Positions 41,263-52,726 of a stretch of DNA of 64,000 nt are shown here, one piece after another. A program made the position numbers and the translations under genes. The stretch is from assembly GCF_004353825.1 (NCBI RefSeq), contig NZ_SMNA01000016.1:1-64000 (forward strand), written 5' to 3'. Position 1 is the first letter of the stretch. Every line of letters starts with the position of its first letter. The notes under the pieces were generated by a model. It saw nothing but the letters and a program-made list of their open reading frames with translations, searched no databases and was not told the origin of the DNA. This DNA comes from Occultella glacieicola (GTDB lineage Bacteria; Actinomycetota; Actinomycetes; Actinomycetales; Beutenbergiaceae).

Positions 41263-42516
41263 TCAACCGATCCTTTCGATCGAGACGAGATGCTCACCGA
41301 TGTCGGCGATCGCCGTCGTGAGTTCGTGCGCCGTTACCACGAACGGTGGGCAGACGTGCAGGGTGTTGTTCGTGATCAGGCGGGTCAGCACTCCGGAGTC
41401 GCGGACCGCACGCACGACCTCGCCGCCGTCCAACTCGGGCACCAGCTGGATGCCCGCCATCAGACCGACGGACCGGACGTCTGCGACGAGTGGCGAGGTC
41501 GCCAGGTCATTCAGCGCGGTCTCCAGGACCGGTTCGAGTTCGCGCACCCGCTGCAGGAGCTGCTCCTCCTCGAGGATGTCGAGGTTCGCCATGGCGACGG
41601 CGCAGACGGTGGCGTGACCCGAATACGTGAGCCCGTGCCGGAACATCGGTGCGTCGTCGCCCAGGAAGAACGGCTCCGCGAGGTGCGGAGCGATCGCGAC
41701 GGCCCCGAGCGGGAGATAGCCCGAGGTGACCCCCTTCGCCATCGTGATCATGTCCGGCTCGATGCCCCAGCGCTCGCAGGCGAACATCGCGCCGGTGCGG
41801 CCGAATCCGGTGATGACCTCATCGGCGACGAGCAGGATCTTGTGGCGGCGGGTCAGTTCCCGCAGGCCCTGAAGATAGCCGGTCGAGGGTGGGAAGACGC
41901 CGCCGGTGCCGACCACGGGCTCGACCACGAGGGCGGCGATGTTCTCGGGACCGATCTCGAGAATGATCCGTTCGGTCTCGGTCAGGTCGTCCCGGGGGAC
42001 GCGAGCGGTCTCGGGGATGAGCGAGTCGGAGCCGTAGCCGTCCCGGTTGAACCCGAGGCCGGCGATCGACGTGCCGAAGCCGTGCAGCCCGTGGTAGCCG
42101 GTGTCCCGGCTGAGGATGACGGTCCTCGCCGGCTCGCCGACGGTCTGCCAGTACCGGCGCGCGAGCTTGCAGGCGGTGTCGATGGAGTCGGAGCCCCCGG
42201 AGGTGAAGAAGATGGTCGCGGACTCGATCGGGACCAGGTCCGAGAGGCGGTCTGCCAGGTCGAGCGCGGGGCGCGTCGCGTGTGCGCCGAAGAGGTGGTA
42301 CGTCTCGAGCGTGGACATCTGTTCGGCTGCGACGTGGGCGAGGCGCTCGCGACCGTGTCCGATGTTCGCGTGCCACAGACCGGCGGGGAGGTCCAGCAGG
42401 CGTTGGCCGTCCTCGGTGGTGACCCAGGCGCCGTCGCCCGATGCGATGACGAGTCGGTCGCGCGAGGCGCTCGGCATGTGGGTCTGGGGGTGCCACAGGG
42501 TGCCGATCGTGGACAT
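41263..42516 (-). CDS. Class-III PLP aminotransferase
   Basis: LWHPQT, TSGGS, GYHG, DEVITGFGRTG, AKGVTSGY, HGLTYSGH. Confidence 0.92.
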   Translation of the reverse strand: MSTIGTLWHPQTHMPSASRDRLVIASGDGAWVTTEDGQRLLDLPAGLWHANIGHGRERLAHVAAEQMSTLETYHLFGAHATRPALDLADRLSDLVPIESATIFFTSGGSDSIDTACKLARRYWQTVGEPARTVILSRDTGYHGLHGFGTSIAGLGFNRDGYGSDSLIPETARVPRDDLTETERIILEIGPENIAALVVEPVVGTGGVFPPSTGYLQGLRELTRRHKILLVADEVITGFGRTGAMFACERWGIEPDMITMAKGVTSGYLPLGAVAIAPHLAEPFFLGDDAPMFRHGLTYSGHATVCAVAMANLDILEEEQLLQRVRELEPVLETALNDLATSPLVADVRSVGLMAGIQLVPELDGGEVVRAVRDSGVLTRLITNNTLHVCPPFVVTAHELTTAIADIGEHLVSIERIG

Positions 42517-42595
42517 GTTCTCTCCTCGTTCAGGTCGGTGCAGGCAGCGGACGCGTCGCGGTGGGCCCCCGGAGGAACCCACCGCGGCGTCGGCT

Positions 42596-43036
42596 TCAGG
42601 AGACGGGAGTCAGCGCGCTCTCGACGGAGAACTCGTCGATCACTTCGGCGTGGATGTGGAGCATCCGGGCGAGCAGGCCGTTGCCCCGGGTGAATGCCAG
42701 GGGGAGCTCGCCACCCGCCGCGACGGCCTTCTTGGTGCCGTCGAAGAACGCCGGGCCCTGGTCCGGGCGGCCGTCGGATTTGTCGTCGGGGTAGAGCGGG
42801 TTGATCGTGTTCTCGATCTTGGGCCAGAGGGCCCGGGCCGCCTCCGTGGACTCGAACTCGAGGGCGAGCACGAGCGTGTTGTCGAGGAGTTCACCGGCTG
42901 ACTCCTGAAGAACGTAACCGCCGAGGTAACCGGGGTGGCCGTCGAGCTCGCGGAGCCAGGAGCCGAGGTAGTGCCGGGCCTCCTCGGCGCGGTTCGGCTC
43001 GGCCACGAAGATGAACAGGTCACGGCGCTTCGTCAT
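42596..43036 (-). CDS. Hypothetical protein, possible dimeric alpha/beta-barrel (ABM-like)
   Basis: GAAGGA RBS, operon position, HPGYLGG...EFESTEAA pattern. Confidence 0.7.
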   Translation of the reverse strand: MTKRRDLFIFVAEPNRAEEARHYLGSWLRELDGHPGYLGGYVLQESAGELLDNTLVLALEFESTEAARALWPKIENTINPLYPDDKSDGRPDQGPAFFDGTKKAVAAGGELPLAFTRGNGLLARMLHIHAEVIDEFSVESALTPVS

Positions 43037-43133
43037 GAGTTTCCTTCTCTCTCTTGTCCGGTCACGATGCCCTGCAGAGCTGCGGTGGATCGCCGGTGCG
43101 GGCCGAATGGGCGGCCCGCACCGGCGGGTCTGG

Positions 43134-44522
<1,389 letters not shown>

Positions 44523-44527
44523 GTCGT

Positions 44528-44571
44528 ACGTTACAAGCGGCTGGAAGGGTAGTCAAGTAATTGTCGACAAT
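44528..44571 (-). promoter_or_regulatory. Promoter TTGACT-N17-TAACGT with adjacent operator ATTGTCGACAAT
   Basis: -35 at 44556-44551, -10 at 44533-44528, operator at 44560-44571; another copy at 44642-44653. Confidence 0.7.
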
Positions 44572-44662
44572 CATTTCCGGATGGTCTAAATCCCTCGCAC
44601 GTATGTGGTTCGTGCCTGGTTAGGCAAGGCGAACCTGTCACTGTGTCGACAATATTGCCGCG

Positions 44663-45811
44663 CTAGGGCGCACCGCCGGTGGTGAGGCTGCGCTTCGGAT
44701 CGAACCGGGACAATTGCCACGGCGACTGCCCGTGCGCGACGAGATCGGCGATCCATTCGCCGGTGACCGGTGACGACTTGTAACCGGCCCCGGAGAACCC
44801 GCAGGCGGCGATGACCTGCGGGCTGTCGGGCAGCCGTCCCACGAACGGGTGCCCGTCCACGGAGTAGCCCTCCGGCTGGGCGGCCACCGCCACAGGCGTC
44901 GGGTGCAGGCCCGGGAAGAACCGCGCGATCACTGCGCTGAAGTCGGCCAGGCGTTCGGCCGTGACCTCGGGGTAGCGGCCCTTCATGTCTGCGATCGGGG
45001 GGTGTGGATCCGTTGAGATCCCGATCTTGACCGTCGCGCCGTCGATCGTGGGGAACCCGTAGCATTTGACGTCGCCGACGCGCTCGAAAACCGCGAACGC
45101 GGGCGCCCGGTACCGCGAGATGTCCCTGGGGGCATACCAGGCTTGCGGGTTCAGGCGGGGGATGATCGTCGGCCGCCGGTAAGGCAGCAGGTGCTCGGCC
45201 CACGCGCCCGGTGCGATCACCGCCCACCGGAACCGCAGGCGTTCGTCACCGGTCTCGACGATGACGCCCCGGTCCTCGGGATGGACTGCCGTGACGGGTG
45301 TGTACTCGCGGATCACCGCACCGCCACGGCGGGCGGCGTCGGCCGCGGCGAGAATGCCCAGTTCCGGGCGCAGGTACCCCGTCAGCTCGTCCCAGACGCC
45401 GAGGTCGCAGTCGCGCACGAGATGCTGAGGAAAGCGTGCCCTGAGTGCGTCCGGCTCGAGCAGGTCGTGGCGGATACCCTCTTCCTCGGCCGTTCGGATC
45501 AGCCGGACCAGATCGGGTGTGTCCGCCGGGCCGAGGATGATGCCGCCCGTCCTGACGTACAACTGATGGCCGGAGGTGCGCTCGAGATCGCGCCACAGCG
45601 TGCGGCTGTACGTCAGGGTGGGCGTCAGCTCGGGTGCCGCGAGGCTGAACGGGGCGATCCGTCTGGTCTGGCCCGCGGACGCACCCCGGTGGTTCGGCAC
45701 ACCGAACTGCTCGAACGCATGCACGCTCAGGCCCCGCTCGGTCAGGCGCCAAGCGGTCATGCTCCCGACCGCTCCAACCCCGATGACGGCGACGTCGGCC
45801 TCGTAGGTCAC
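44663..45811 (-). CDS. Second SolA-like FAD oxidase (paralogue of 35404-36552)
   Basis: GVGAVGS, GASAGQTR, GYLRPE, VFERVGDV (shared with the paralogue), GFSGAGYK. Confidence 0.88.
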   Translation of the reverse strand: MTYEADVAVIGVGAVGSMTAWRLTERGLSVHAFEQFGVPNHRGASAGQTRRIAPFSLAAPELTPTLTYSRTLWRDLERTSGHQLYVRTGGIILGPADTPDLVRLIRTAEEEGIRHDLLEPDALRARFPQHLVRDCDLGVWDELTGYLRPELGILAAADAARRGGAVIREYTPVTAVHPEDRGVIVETGDERLRFRWAVIAPGAWAEHLLPYRRPTIIPRLNPQAWYAPRDISRYRAPAFAVFERVGDVKCYGFPTIDGATVKIGISTDPHPPIADMKGRYPEVTAERLADFSAVIARFFPGLHPTPVAVAAQPEGYSVDGHPFVGRLPDSPQVIAACGFSGAGYKSSPVTGEWIADLVAHGQSPWQLSRFDPKRSLTTGGAP

Positions 45812-45833
45812 GGTGAGTTCTCCCTTGATCGGG

Positions 45834-47003
45834 CTACTGATATCCGGAGATACGCACCGGTTCGGCCGCCGCAGGAGTGCTCGTGGACCTGCTGCGGAAC
45901 CGTGTCGGGCGAAAGTCGGCCAGATCGGGAGCGTCGGTGCCGTCGACGATCTCCTCCCGTGCCAGTCGCCCGAGCAGTGGGGCGAGGGTCACTCCGCTGT
46001 GCGTCGCGATCGTGTAGAGCCGCCGGTCGTCGTCGACGAAGCCGGCTACGGTCAGACGGTCCTCCGGGAGGACGCGCCAGCCCACCACGAGGCTCTCGAG
46101 GCGACCTCCGGCCGCGTCGCGAAGGGCTCCCGCCAACTCGGCCAGCAGTTCTCTCGCAACGGTGCCATCGAGCGGAGGAGTCGACGCGGGGTCGGCGTCC
46201 GCGTCGAGCCTCGGCGCCTGCAGCAAGATGCGACCGCCACCGTGGGGCCGCAGGTTGAGCGACGGTGTTGTGACAAGCCGGTCGAGGGACACCGCGAGCG
46301 GGCTCGTGACGCCCAGGAACCCTACCGGCGAGCTGCCCGGCCCGGTGTACGGCTGCAACGGAATGTGCGCGCCGGCGCTCTTCATCAGTGCCTCGGTCCA
46401 CCGGCCGACGCAGACGATCGCGCCATCTGCCTCGATCCATTCTCCGTCGGCCAACCTCACGCGGACGCCGCCGGGCCGAGGGTTGACCTCCGTGACCGCG
46501 CAGGGATACCGGACCCTCCCGCCGTGCCCGCGGAGGTCGGCGATCATGCGCGCGATCATGGTGAGCGGGTAGCAGTGCCCCTCAGTGGGGAAGTACGTGA
46601 CGCCCTCCACCCCCTCGGGGAGGATGAGGCCGGGCTCGAGGGCCAGGGCTTCGGTCCGGGTCAGGACCTCGACCGGATAATCCTCGCGTTCGACCTCGGC
46701 CCGCACGACCGCGAGCGCCTCGTCCTCGGCGCCCGGATGTGCCCAGCGGAGGTGGCCCCGGCGGCTCCACCACGGGGCGCCGTCGCCCGCGAAGCGGTCG
46801 TGCTCCGCCATCGCCATGGCGTTCAGGCGCCGGTAGGCCTCTGGGCGTTTCTGGCTCGAGTTGACCCAGGCGAAGGACGTGCCGCTGGTGCCTGCGCCCG
46901 GATGCTGTGCCTCCAAGAGGGTCACCTCCACGCCCGCGGCGGCTAGTTCGCGGGCGGCGGCCGCCCCGAGAACGCCCGCTCCGATCACGATCCAGTGCGG
47001 CAC
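45834..47003 (-). CDS. FAD-dependent oxidoreductase (DAO family)
   Basis: GAGVLG, GTSGTSFAWVN, THSGVTLAP. Confidence 0.88.
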   Translation of the reverse strand: MPHWIVIGAGVLGAAAARELAAAGVEVTLLEAQHPGAGTSGTSFAWVNSSQKRPEAYRRLNAMAMAEHDRFAGDGAPWWSRRGHLRWAHPGAEDEALAVVRAEVEREDYPVEVLTRTEALALEPGLILPEGVEGVTYFPTEGHCYPLTMIARMIADLRGHGGRVRYPCAVTEVNPRPGGVRVRLADGEWIEADGAIVCVGRWTEALMKSAGAHIPLQPYTGPGSSPVGFLGVTSPLAVSLDRLVTTPSLNLRPHGGGRILLQAPRLDADADPASTPPLDGTVARELLAELAGALRDAAGGRLESLVVGWRVLPEDRLTVAGFVDDDRRLYTIATHSGVTLAPLLGRLAREEIVDGTDAPDLADFRPTRFRSRSTSTPAAAEPVRISGYQ

Positions 47004-47060
47004 GGCGCAACCTCCAGGTCGAACGGTCAGATGATCGGCGCGAACGGGCGGTCGACGCCG

Positions 47061-47606
47061 TCAGGGGCTGAGGGTCAACTCGCCGAACTCGTAGAACATG
47101 GCGTTGGTCGGGCCGTCGGTGTCGTCCACGACCAGCTGGGCGCCCATCGCCGTCCAGAATGGAACGGCGCCGGGGGAATGAAGGAACGTGTGCAGCACGA
47201 CCTTGTCGTAGTGCCCCTCCGCCTGGGCCCGTTCGAGAACCGCCCGAACGATGGCCTTGGCGATGCCGCGTCGGCGGGCCTCGCGCAGGACGTAGACGCG
47301 GACGACCTGCCCCACACGTGGGTTGTCATAGGCCTCGATGAGGTGCCGCGGGCTCGTGTCGCCCTTGAGTTTGCCGCCGCGGATGCCGCCGGTCGCGATG
47401 ATCCTCCCGGTCGCGTCGTCTACGGCGACCAGCATGAATGGGCCGACCGGCCGCACGTAGGTGTCGACCAGGAAGTCGATGTCGTCGTGGATCGTCGGGT
47501 CGTACTCGGACTGGAAGTCCTCCCGCACCGACCGCATCATCACATGGGCCGCGCCCGCGATGTCGTCCTCGGCGTCGGAGACCTCGCGGATCGTGAAATC
47601 TGACAT
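47061..47606 (-). CDS. GNAT acetyltransferase
   Basis: RVYV...ARRRGIA motif A, AVPFW; GGGAGG RBS. Confidence 0.85.
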   Translation of the reverse strand: MSDFTIREVSDAEDDIAGAAHVMMRSVREDFQSEYDPTIHDDIDFLVDTYVRPVGPFMLVAVDDATGRIIATGGIRGGKLKGDTSPRHLIEAYDNPRVGQVVRVYVLREARRRGIAKAIVRAVLERAQAEGHYDKVVLHTFLHSPGAVPFWTAMGAQLVVDDTDGPTNAMFYEFGELTLSP

Positions 47607-47699
47607 TGCAGTTCCTCCCGGTCGGTGTGACGGACATGTCCGCGCGTGATACCGCCAGGTCGCGGGTGGGGTGCCAGATCGACGCGACCTTGCGCCTCG

Positions 47700-47744
47700 A
47701 CCGTAGCGAGCGACTTCTCGTCGTGTCAACAGGTTGTCGACAAT
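47700..47744 (-). promoter_or_regulatory. Promoter TTGACA-N18-TACGGT with operator GTTGTCGACAAT
   Basis: -35 at 47729-47724, -10 at 47705-47700, operator at 47733-47744. Confidence 0.7.
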
Positions 47745-47949
47745 GTATCGATGCGGGTCGTGAGCCGGCCCGGGCGGCGAGCGTGCGGCCGGCGGGCTGG
47801 CGGCGAATGGCGCCAGTACCTCAACGGCTGTTCGCGAGAATGAGAGGAATCTGGCTGATCGCGGACGGACGTCGAAACTCGGAACGACTGCAGATTGTGT
47901 GACGCGCTGCTCGCCGGAAGCGTGTCGACGTATCGGACCCGGGTGCCTA

Positions 47950-47983
47950 ACTGTTGACAATTAAGTCCGAGGCTGCCTAGCCT
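47950..47983 (+). promoter_or_regulatory. Promoter TTGACA-N18-TAGCCT with operator ACTGTTGACAAT over the -35
   Basis: Read directly; upstream of the HAD-oxidase-ABC operon. Confidence 0.7.
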
Positions 47984-48083
47984 TCTGGCACGCCCTTGGC
48001 CGACTGGCCTGAATCGGGCGGGTACTCCGAGAAGCGGGTCTCCCGTCGGCGATGACGGACGAACGACTGGAGAGAGGGAATCC

Positions 48084-48758
48084 ATGGACCTGACCGGCTA
48101 CACACCGCGGTACATCACGTTCGACTGCTACGGAACTCTGACGAACTTCCAGATGTCCGAGGCCGTACGCCCCCTGGTCGCGGACGTGCTGGATCCCGAC
48201 GACGTCGCGAGCTTCAACAAGGACTTTCGCGCGTACCGCATCGACGAGGTGCTCGGCGCCTACAAGCCGTACAGGCAGGTACTGAGGGACTCCTGGCAGC
48301 GAGTCTGCAACCGGTGGAAGATCCAGTTCAGGGCCGACGACGTCGAAGCGATCATCCAGGCGGTGGGCTCCTGGGGTCCGCACCCCGACGTGCCCGACGC
48401 GCTGACGAAGCTCGCCGAGGCATACCCGCTGGTCATCCTCTCCAACGCGGAGGACAAGATGCTCGAGAACAACGTGGCGCAGCTCGGCGTCGACTTCCAC
48501 CGGGTATTCACGGCTGAACAGGTCGGCGCCTACAAGCCCCGCTACGCGGGTTTCGAGTACATGCTCGATCAGCTCGACTGCGGCCGTCACGAGATCCTGC
48601 ACGTGACCTCGCACATCTGGTACGACATCATCCCGTGCCACGAGCTGCGGATCACGAACAAGGTGTACGTCAACCGCGGATACGACCCGTCCACGCCGTT
48701 CTACGAGTATGCCGAGACCACCGACCTCGCCGGCCTTCCACCGCTGCTCGGTCTCTGA
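48084..48758 (+). CDS. HAD-superfamily hydrolase (haloacid dehalogenase type II-like)
   Basis: FDCYGTL, ILSNA, YKP, YD motifs. Confidence 0.9.
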   Translation: MDLTGYTPRYITFDCYGTLTNFQMSEAVRPLVADVLDPDDVASFNKDFRAYRIDEVLGAYKPYRQVLRDSWQRVCNRWKIQFRADDVEAIIQAVGSWGPHPDVPDALTKLAEAYPLVILSNAEDKMLENNVAQLGVDFHRVFTAEQVGAYKPRYAGFEYMLDQLDCGRHEILHVTSHIWYDIIPCHELRITNKVYVNRGYDPSTPFYEYAETTDLAGLPPLLGL

Positions 48759-48786
48759 CCGGCTCACTGACGGAAAGGGTCGGTCG

Positions 48787-50064
48787 ATGAAGCTGACCTC
48801 CTACTGGCTAGACACCGCCACCCCGGCCGGCGACTTCCGGCGCAGCGAACTCCCAAAGCGGGTGGACGTCGCGGTGGTCGGGGCCGGCCTGACCGGGCTC
48901 TCGACAGCACTGCACCTGGCACGCGACGGTGCGTCCGTCGCACTTCTCGAGGCGAGGACGGTCGGCTGGGGCGCATCCGGTCGCAACGGGGGCATGGCCA
49001 CCACTGGCCTCGCGGTCGGGTACGGGACCGCGGCGCGTCGTTACGGTCGCCCGCGAGCGGCCGCCATGTTCGCGGCGTACAACGACGCCATCGACACCGT
49101 CGAGAAACTGGTCGCCGATGAGGGGATCGACTGCAACTTCGAGCGGGTCGGGAAGCTGACGTTGGCAGCGAAGACGTCCCATTACGAGGGGTTCGGACGC
49201 ACCGCTGAGATGCTCGCCGAGGATGTCGGTCAGGAGCTGATGCTGGTCCCGGCGTCGGAACTGCGCAAAGAGATCGGCAGCGACTTCTACCGCGGTGGCA
49301 TGGTGGATCCACTCGGTGCGGGCGTCCATGTCGGCAAGCTGGTCGCCGGGCTGGCGCGGGCGGGTTCTCGTGCCGGCGTCTCGATCCATGAGGCGTGTGA
49401 GGTGTACGAACTTCGGCGCCTCAACGGGCGGCGGTACGACGTGCTGACGTCGCGTGGCACGATCAGGGCCGACCGGGTCGTCGTCGGCACGAGCGGATAT
49501 TCCGGCCGGATGCTTCCTTGGCTGCAGCGACGGCTGGTGCCCATTGGCAGCTTCGTCCTCGTCACCGAGCCCCTGGCCGATGAGGTTGTCGACGGTCTGC
49601 TGCCGCAGCGCCGGGTCGCCGCGGATACCAACCGCGTGTGCCTGTACTTCAGGCTCACACCGGACAAGCGCTTGTTGTTCGGCGGCCGGGCGCGATTCTC
49701 GGCCAGCGACAGGGACGCTGACCTCACGAGCGGTCGGATCCTGCATCGCCAGCTCCTGCAGGTCTTTCCGCAGCTGACGAACACGCGGATCGACTACTGC
49801 TGGGGGGGGCTGGTGGACATGTCCCTGGACCAGATGGTGCATGCCGGCGAGCGTGATGGGGTCCTCTACTCCGTCGGATACAGCGGCCACGGAGTCCAGA
49901 TGGCGACGCACATGGGCAAGGTGATGGCGCAGATGGCGAACGGTGTCGGTTCGGCGAACCCGTGGCGTGACCTCAGGTTCCCGCCGGTTCCGGGGTATTT
50001 CGGTACCCCGTGGTTCCTGCCGCCGGCCGGGGTTCTCTTCAAGTTCCTCGACAGAGTGAGTTGA
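48787..50064 (+). CDS. FAD-dependent amine oxidoreductase (PuuB/OrdL-like)
   Basis: SYWLDT, GAGLTGLS, GASGRNGG, LLFGG, GYSGHGV. Confidence 0.9.
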   Translation: MKLTSYWLDTATPAGDFRRSELPKRVDVAVVGAGLTGLSTALHLARDGASVALLEARTVGWGASGRNGGMATTGLAVGYGTAARRYGRPRAAAMFAAYNDAIDTVEKLVADEGIDCNFERVGKLTLAAKTSHYEGFGRTAEMLAEDVGQELMLVPASELRKEIGSDFYRGGMVDPLGAGVHVGKLVAGLARAGSRAGVSIHEACEVYELRRLNGRRYDVLTSRGTIRADRVVVGTSGYSGRMLPWLQRRLVPIGSFVLVTEPLADEVVDGLLPQRRVAADTNRVCLYFRLTPDKRLLFGGRARFSASDRDADLTSGRILHRQLLQVFPQLTNTRIDYCWGGLVDMSLDQMVHAGERDGVLYSVGYSGHGVQMATHMGKVMAQMANGVGSANPWRDLRFPPVPGYFGTPWFLPPAGVLFKFLDRVS

Positions 50065-50112
50065 TACGTACGAGTGTGATCACGGTGCCCGACTACAGAC
50101 GAGGAGACGGAC

Positions 50113-51057
50113 ATGCTCTACCTCTTGCGACGCGTCGTCGTCCTGTTGACGACGCTGCTGCTTGTTTCGTTCCTCGTGTTCATGCTTCCGTACCTGACGC
50201 CGGGAGACCCGGCACGAAAGATCCTTCGGGCCAGGACCGGCGATCTCGACCTCGATCCCGAGACGGTCGAGCGATTGCGCATCGAGTACGGCCTCGACCT
50301 CCCGATCATGCAGCAGTACTGGAACTGGCTGAAGGACGCGCTCGGGGGCGACATCGGTATCTCCTATACCAGCGGGCGTCCGGTCGCCGGGATGCTCGGA
50401 TCGGCATTGGCGAACACAGCGACGCTCGCGATCTCGGCTCTGCTGTTCGCGCTGGTGGTCGCACTGATCCTCGGGACGATCGCAGCCGTCAAGCGGGGTA
50501 AGCCGGCGGACAGCGTGATCACCACGATCACACAGGGTTTCGTGGCGATCCCCGAGTACTGGATGGGGCCGCTCCTGGTCCTCGTGTTCGCACTGAACAT
50601 GGGGGTGCTTCCATCGGCAGGCTGGAAAGGGCCGCTTTGGATGATCCTGCCGTGCCTGACCCTCGCGCTGCGACCGATGAGCTACTTCACCCAGGTCACC
50701 AGAGCCTCGATGGTGGACGTCCTCGAATCGCCGCACATCACGGCAGCCCGAAGCAGGGGGCTGAGTTTTGGCGAGACCATGCTCAAACATGGCGTTCGGA
50801 ACGCCCTGCTGCCGGTCGTGACGCTGTTCTCGGTCTGGCTTGCCGGACTGCTCGGTGGTTCGGTGGTGGTCGAGGTCATCTTCGCCATCCCCGGGATGGG
50901 CCGGATGCTCTACCAGGCGATTACGAACGGTGACGTACCGATCATCCAGGCGAGCGTGGTGTGCGTGGTCGGTCTCACGGTCATCATCACGACCGCCACG
51001 GACGCGTTGTACCGACTGATCAACCCGACCGTGAGGACGAGCCATGGCACTCGTTGA
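50113..51057 (+). CDS. Family-5 (Ni/peptide/opine) ABC permease
   Basis: PGDPA, YGLDLP, GDIGISY, ARSRGL, FAIPGMG. Confidence 0.92.
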   Translation: MLYLLRRVVVLLTTLLLVSFLVFMLPYLTPGDPARKILRARTGDLDLDPETVERLRIEYGLDLPIMQQYWNWLKDALGGDIGISYTSGRPVAGMLGSALANTATLAISALLFALVVALILGTIAAVKRGKPADSVITTITQGFVAIPEYWMGPLLVLVFALNMGVLPSAGWKGPLWMILPCLTLALRPMSYFTQVTRASMVDVLESPHITAARSRGLSFGETMLKHGVRNALLPVVTLFSVWLAGLLGGSVVVEVIFAIPGMGRMLYQAITNGDVPIIQASVVCVVGLTVIITTATDALYRLINPTVRTSHGTR

Positions 51058-51946
51058 CAATCCCGCCTCGGAGGCACTGGACGGCACCGCTCGCGTCATC
51101 CCGATGCGTGGTTCCGCCGCGGTCCGCGGGTGGGAGCACCTGCGGACCTGGCCGACCAGCCTCCGCGTCGGCGTCGCACTGTTCCTGACGATCGCCGTGC
51201 TGCTCGTGCTCACGCCGTGGATCGCGCCCTACGACCCCGCCGCCCAGGATCTGGAGAACCGCCTCGCCGCGGGCTCACCTGCGCATCTCCTCGGCACCGA
51301 CCATCTCGGTCGCGACGTGCTCTCCCGGCTGCTCTGGGGCGGGCGGTACTCGGTCTCCATCGCCGCCGTCACCTTGGTCCTGTGCTCGGTGTTCGGCACG
51401 GTGCTCGGGCTGCTGTGCGCCCGGATCGGGGGCGCATTCGACGAGCTCGTCATGCGACTGACGGATGTCGCACTCGCCTTTCCCGAGATGGTAATCGCGA
51501 TGTTCCTGGTCGCGATCCTTGGACCGAGCTACGGCACGCTCATCCTCGCCCTGGTGCTGACGGGCTGGACCCCGTTCGCCCGCCTCGCCCGAGGACTGGC
51601 CCTCGAGATCAACTCGCGGGACTTCGTGGAGGCGGCGGAGGCTCTTGGCATGTCGCGTCGGTTCATCGTCTTCCGGCACCTGCTGCCGAACGCGCTGAGC
51701 CCGTTGCTCGCACACGCCGCCCTTCGGTTCGGACACAAGCTCATTGCGGTCGGCGCGCTGTCCTATCTCGGACTTGGCGTCCAGCCGCCGGACTCGGACT
51801 GGGGTTCGATGCTCGCCGACGGCCAGCCCTACATGACCCGCCTCGCCGGCCTCGTGGTCTACCCAGGCCTCGCGATCTTCATCACCGCGCTCGCCGTGAC
51901 GCTCATCGGGCAGGGGATCAACACCCGTAGGAACAGGCAGGGATGA
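51044..51946 (+). CDS. Family-5 ABC permease
   Basis: PYDP, LGTDHLGRD, LSYLGLG, DWG. Confidence 0.92.
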   Translation: MALVDNPASEALDGTARVIPMRGSAAVRGWEHLRTWPTSLRVGVALFLTIAVLLVLTPWIAPYDPAAQDLENRLAAGSPAHLLGTDHLGRDVLSRLLWGGRYSVSIAAVTLVLCSVFGTVLGLLCARIGGAFDELVMRLTDVALAFPEMVIAMFLVAILGPSYGTLILALVLTGWTPFARLARGLALEINSRDFVEAAEALGMSRRFIVFRHLLPNALSPLLAHAALRFGHKLIAVGALSYLGLGVQPPDSDWGSMLADGQPYMTRLAGLVVYPGLAIFITALAVTLIGQGINTRRNRQG

Positions 51947-51953
51947 GGGCATC

Positions 51954-52703
51954 ATGAGTGACTCGATCACGGCAAAGGGGAGAACCATGGCAGCAAAGGA
52001 AAGTGGCACGCCGAAGGTGCGCAAGCGCACGTTGTCTTCCGTCGTCACATCACAGATGCGCCAGCGGATCGTCGATGGGACCTTTCCGCCAGGCTCGCAA
52101 CTGAACGAGGTCGAGCTGGCCCGACGCTTCGCCACGAGTCGCGGCCCGGTCCGGGAGGGCATGCAACGGCTGGTCCAGGAAGGCTTGCTCGTCAGCGAGC
52201 CGCATCGGGGCATGTTCGTGCCGCTCCTGGACGAGAGTGACATCGCGGACCTCTACTACGCACGGGCAGCCGTGGAGCGGGCAGCGATGCTCCGGCTGGT
52301 GGACCAGGGCGTGACCGCTGCGACCGTGGCCAATCTCGAGCAGGCGCTTGGTGAGATGGCGGCCGCGATCGAACGGGAGGATTGGGGCGCCGTGGCCACC
52401 TCCGACCTCCGCTTCCACGAGCTCATCGTGGATGCCTCGGGAAGTCCGCGACTGAGCAGGATGTACGCCGCCCTCGCGGGCGAGAGCAGGCTCGCCATCA
52501 ACATCTTGGTCGGCAGCTACGACGGTCGGACTGACTACCTCGAGGAGCACGCCAAGATCTTCGAGCTCCTCGTGGCCGGGAATCGCTCCGGACTCCTCGG
52601 GGAACTCAGCCGGCACCTGCAGACCGGGCAGGACACCGCGACCAAGAACAGCCGGGGTGCTGTCGCGGACTCCGCCGCAGCAGTTCGAGACACGACGACC
52701 TGA
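51954..52703 (+). CDS. GntR (FCD) regulator inside the ABC operon
   Basis: TSRGPVREG HTH, DLRFH...EH FCD. Confidence 0.92.
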   Translation: MSDSITAKGRTMAAKESGTPKVRKRTLSSVVTSQMRQRIVDGTFPPGSQLNEVELARRFATSRGPVREGMQRLVQEGLLVSEPHRGMFVPLLDESDIADLYYARAAVERAAMLRLVDQGVTAATVANLEQALGEMAAAIEREDWGAVATSDLRFHELIVDASGSPRLSRMYAALAGESRLAINILVGSYDGRTDYLEEHAKIFELLVAGNRSGLLGELSRHLQTGQDTATKNSRGAVADSAAAVRDTTT

Positions 52704-52726
52704 GACACCACTGCATCGGAGGAGCC

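Noticed and set aside
47061..47960. 299-aa version of the GNAT ORF
   Set aside because: The upstream part spans the divergent promoter and operators; the RBS supports a start at 47606.
51050..51061. Partial operator matches inside CDSs (CGTTGACAAT near 51052, AATCGACAAT near 33862, GTTGTCGACGG near 49584)
   Set aside because: Half-sites within coding sequence, explicable by Val/Ile-Asp codons.
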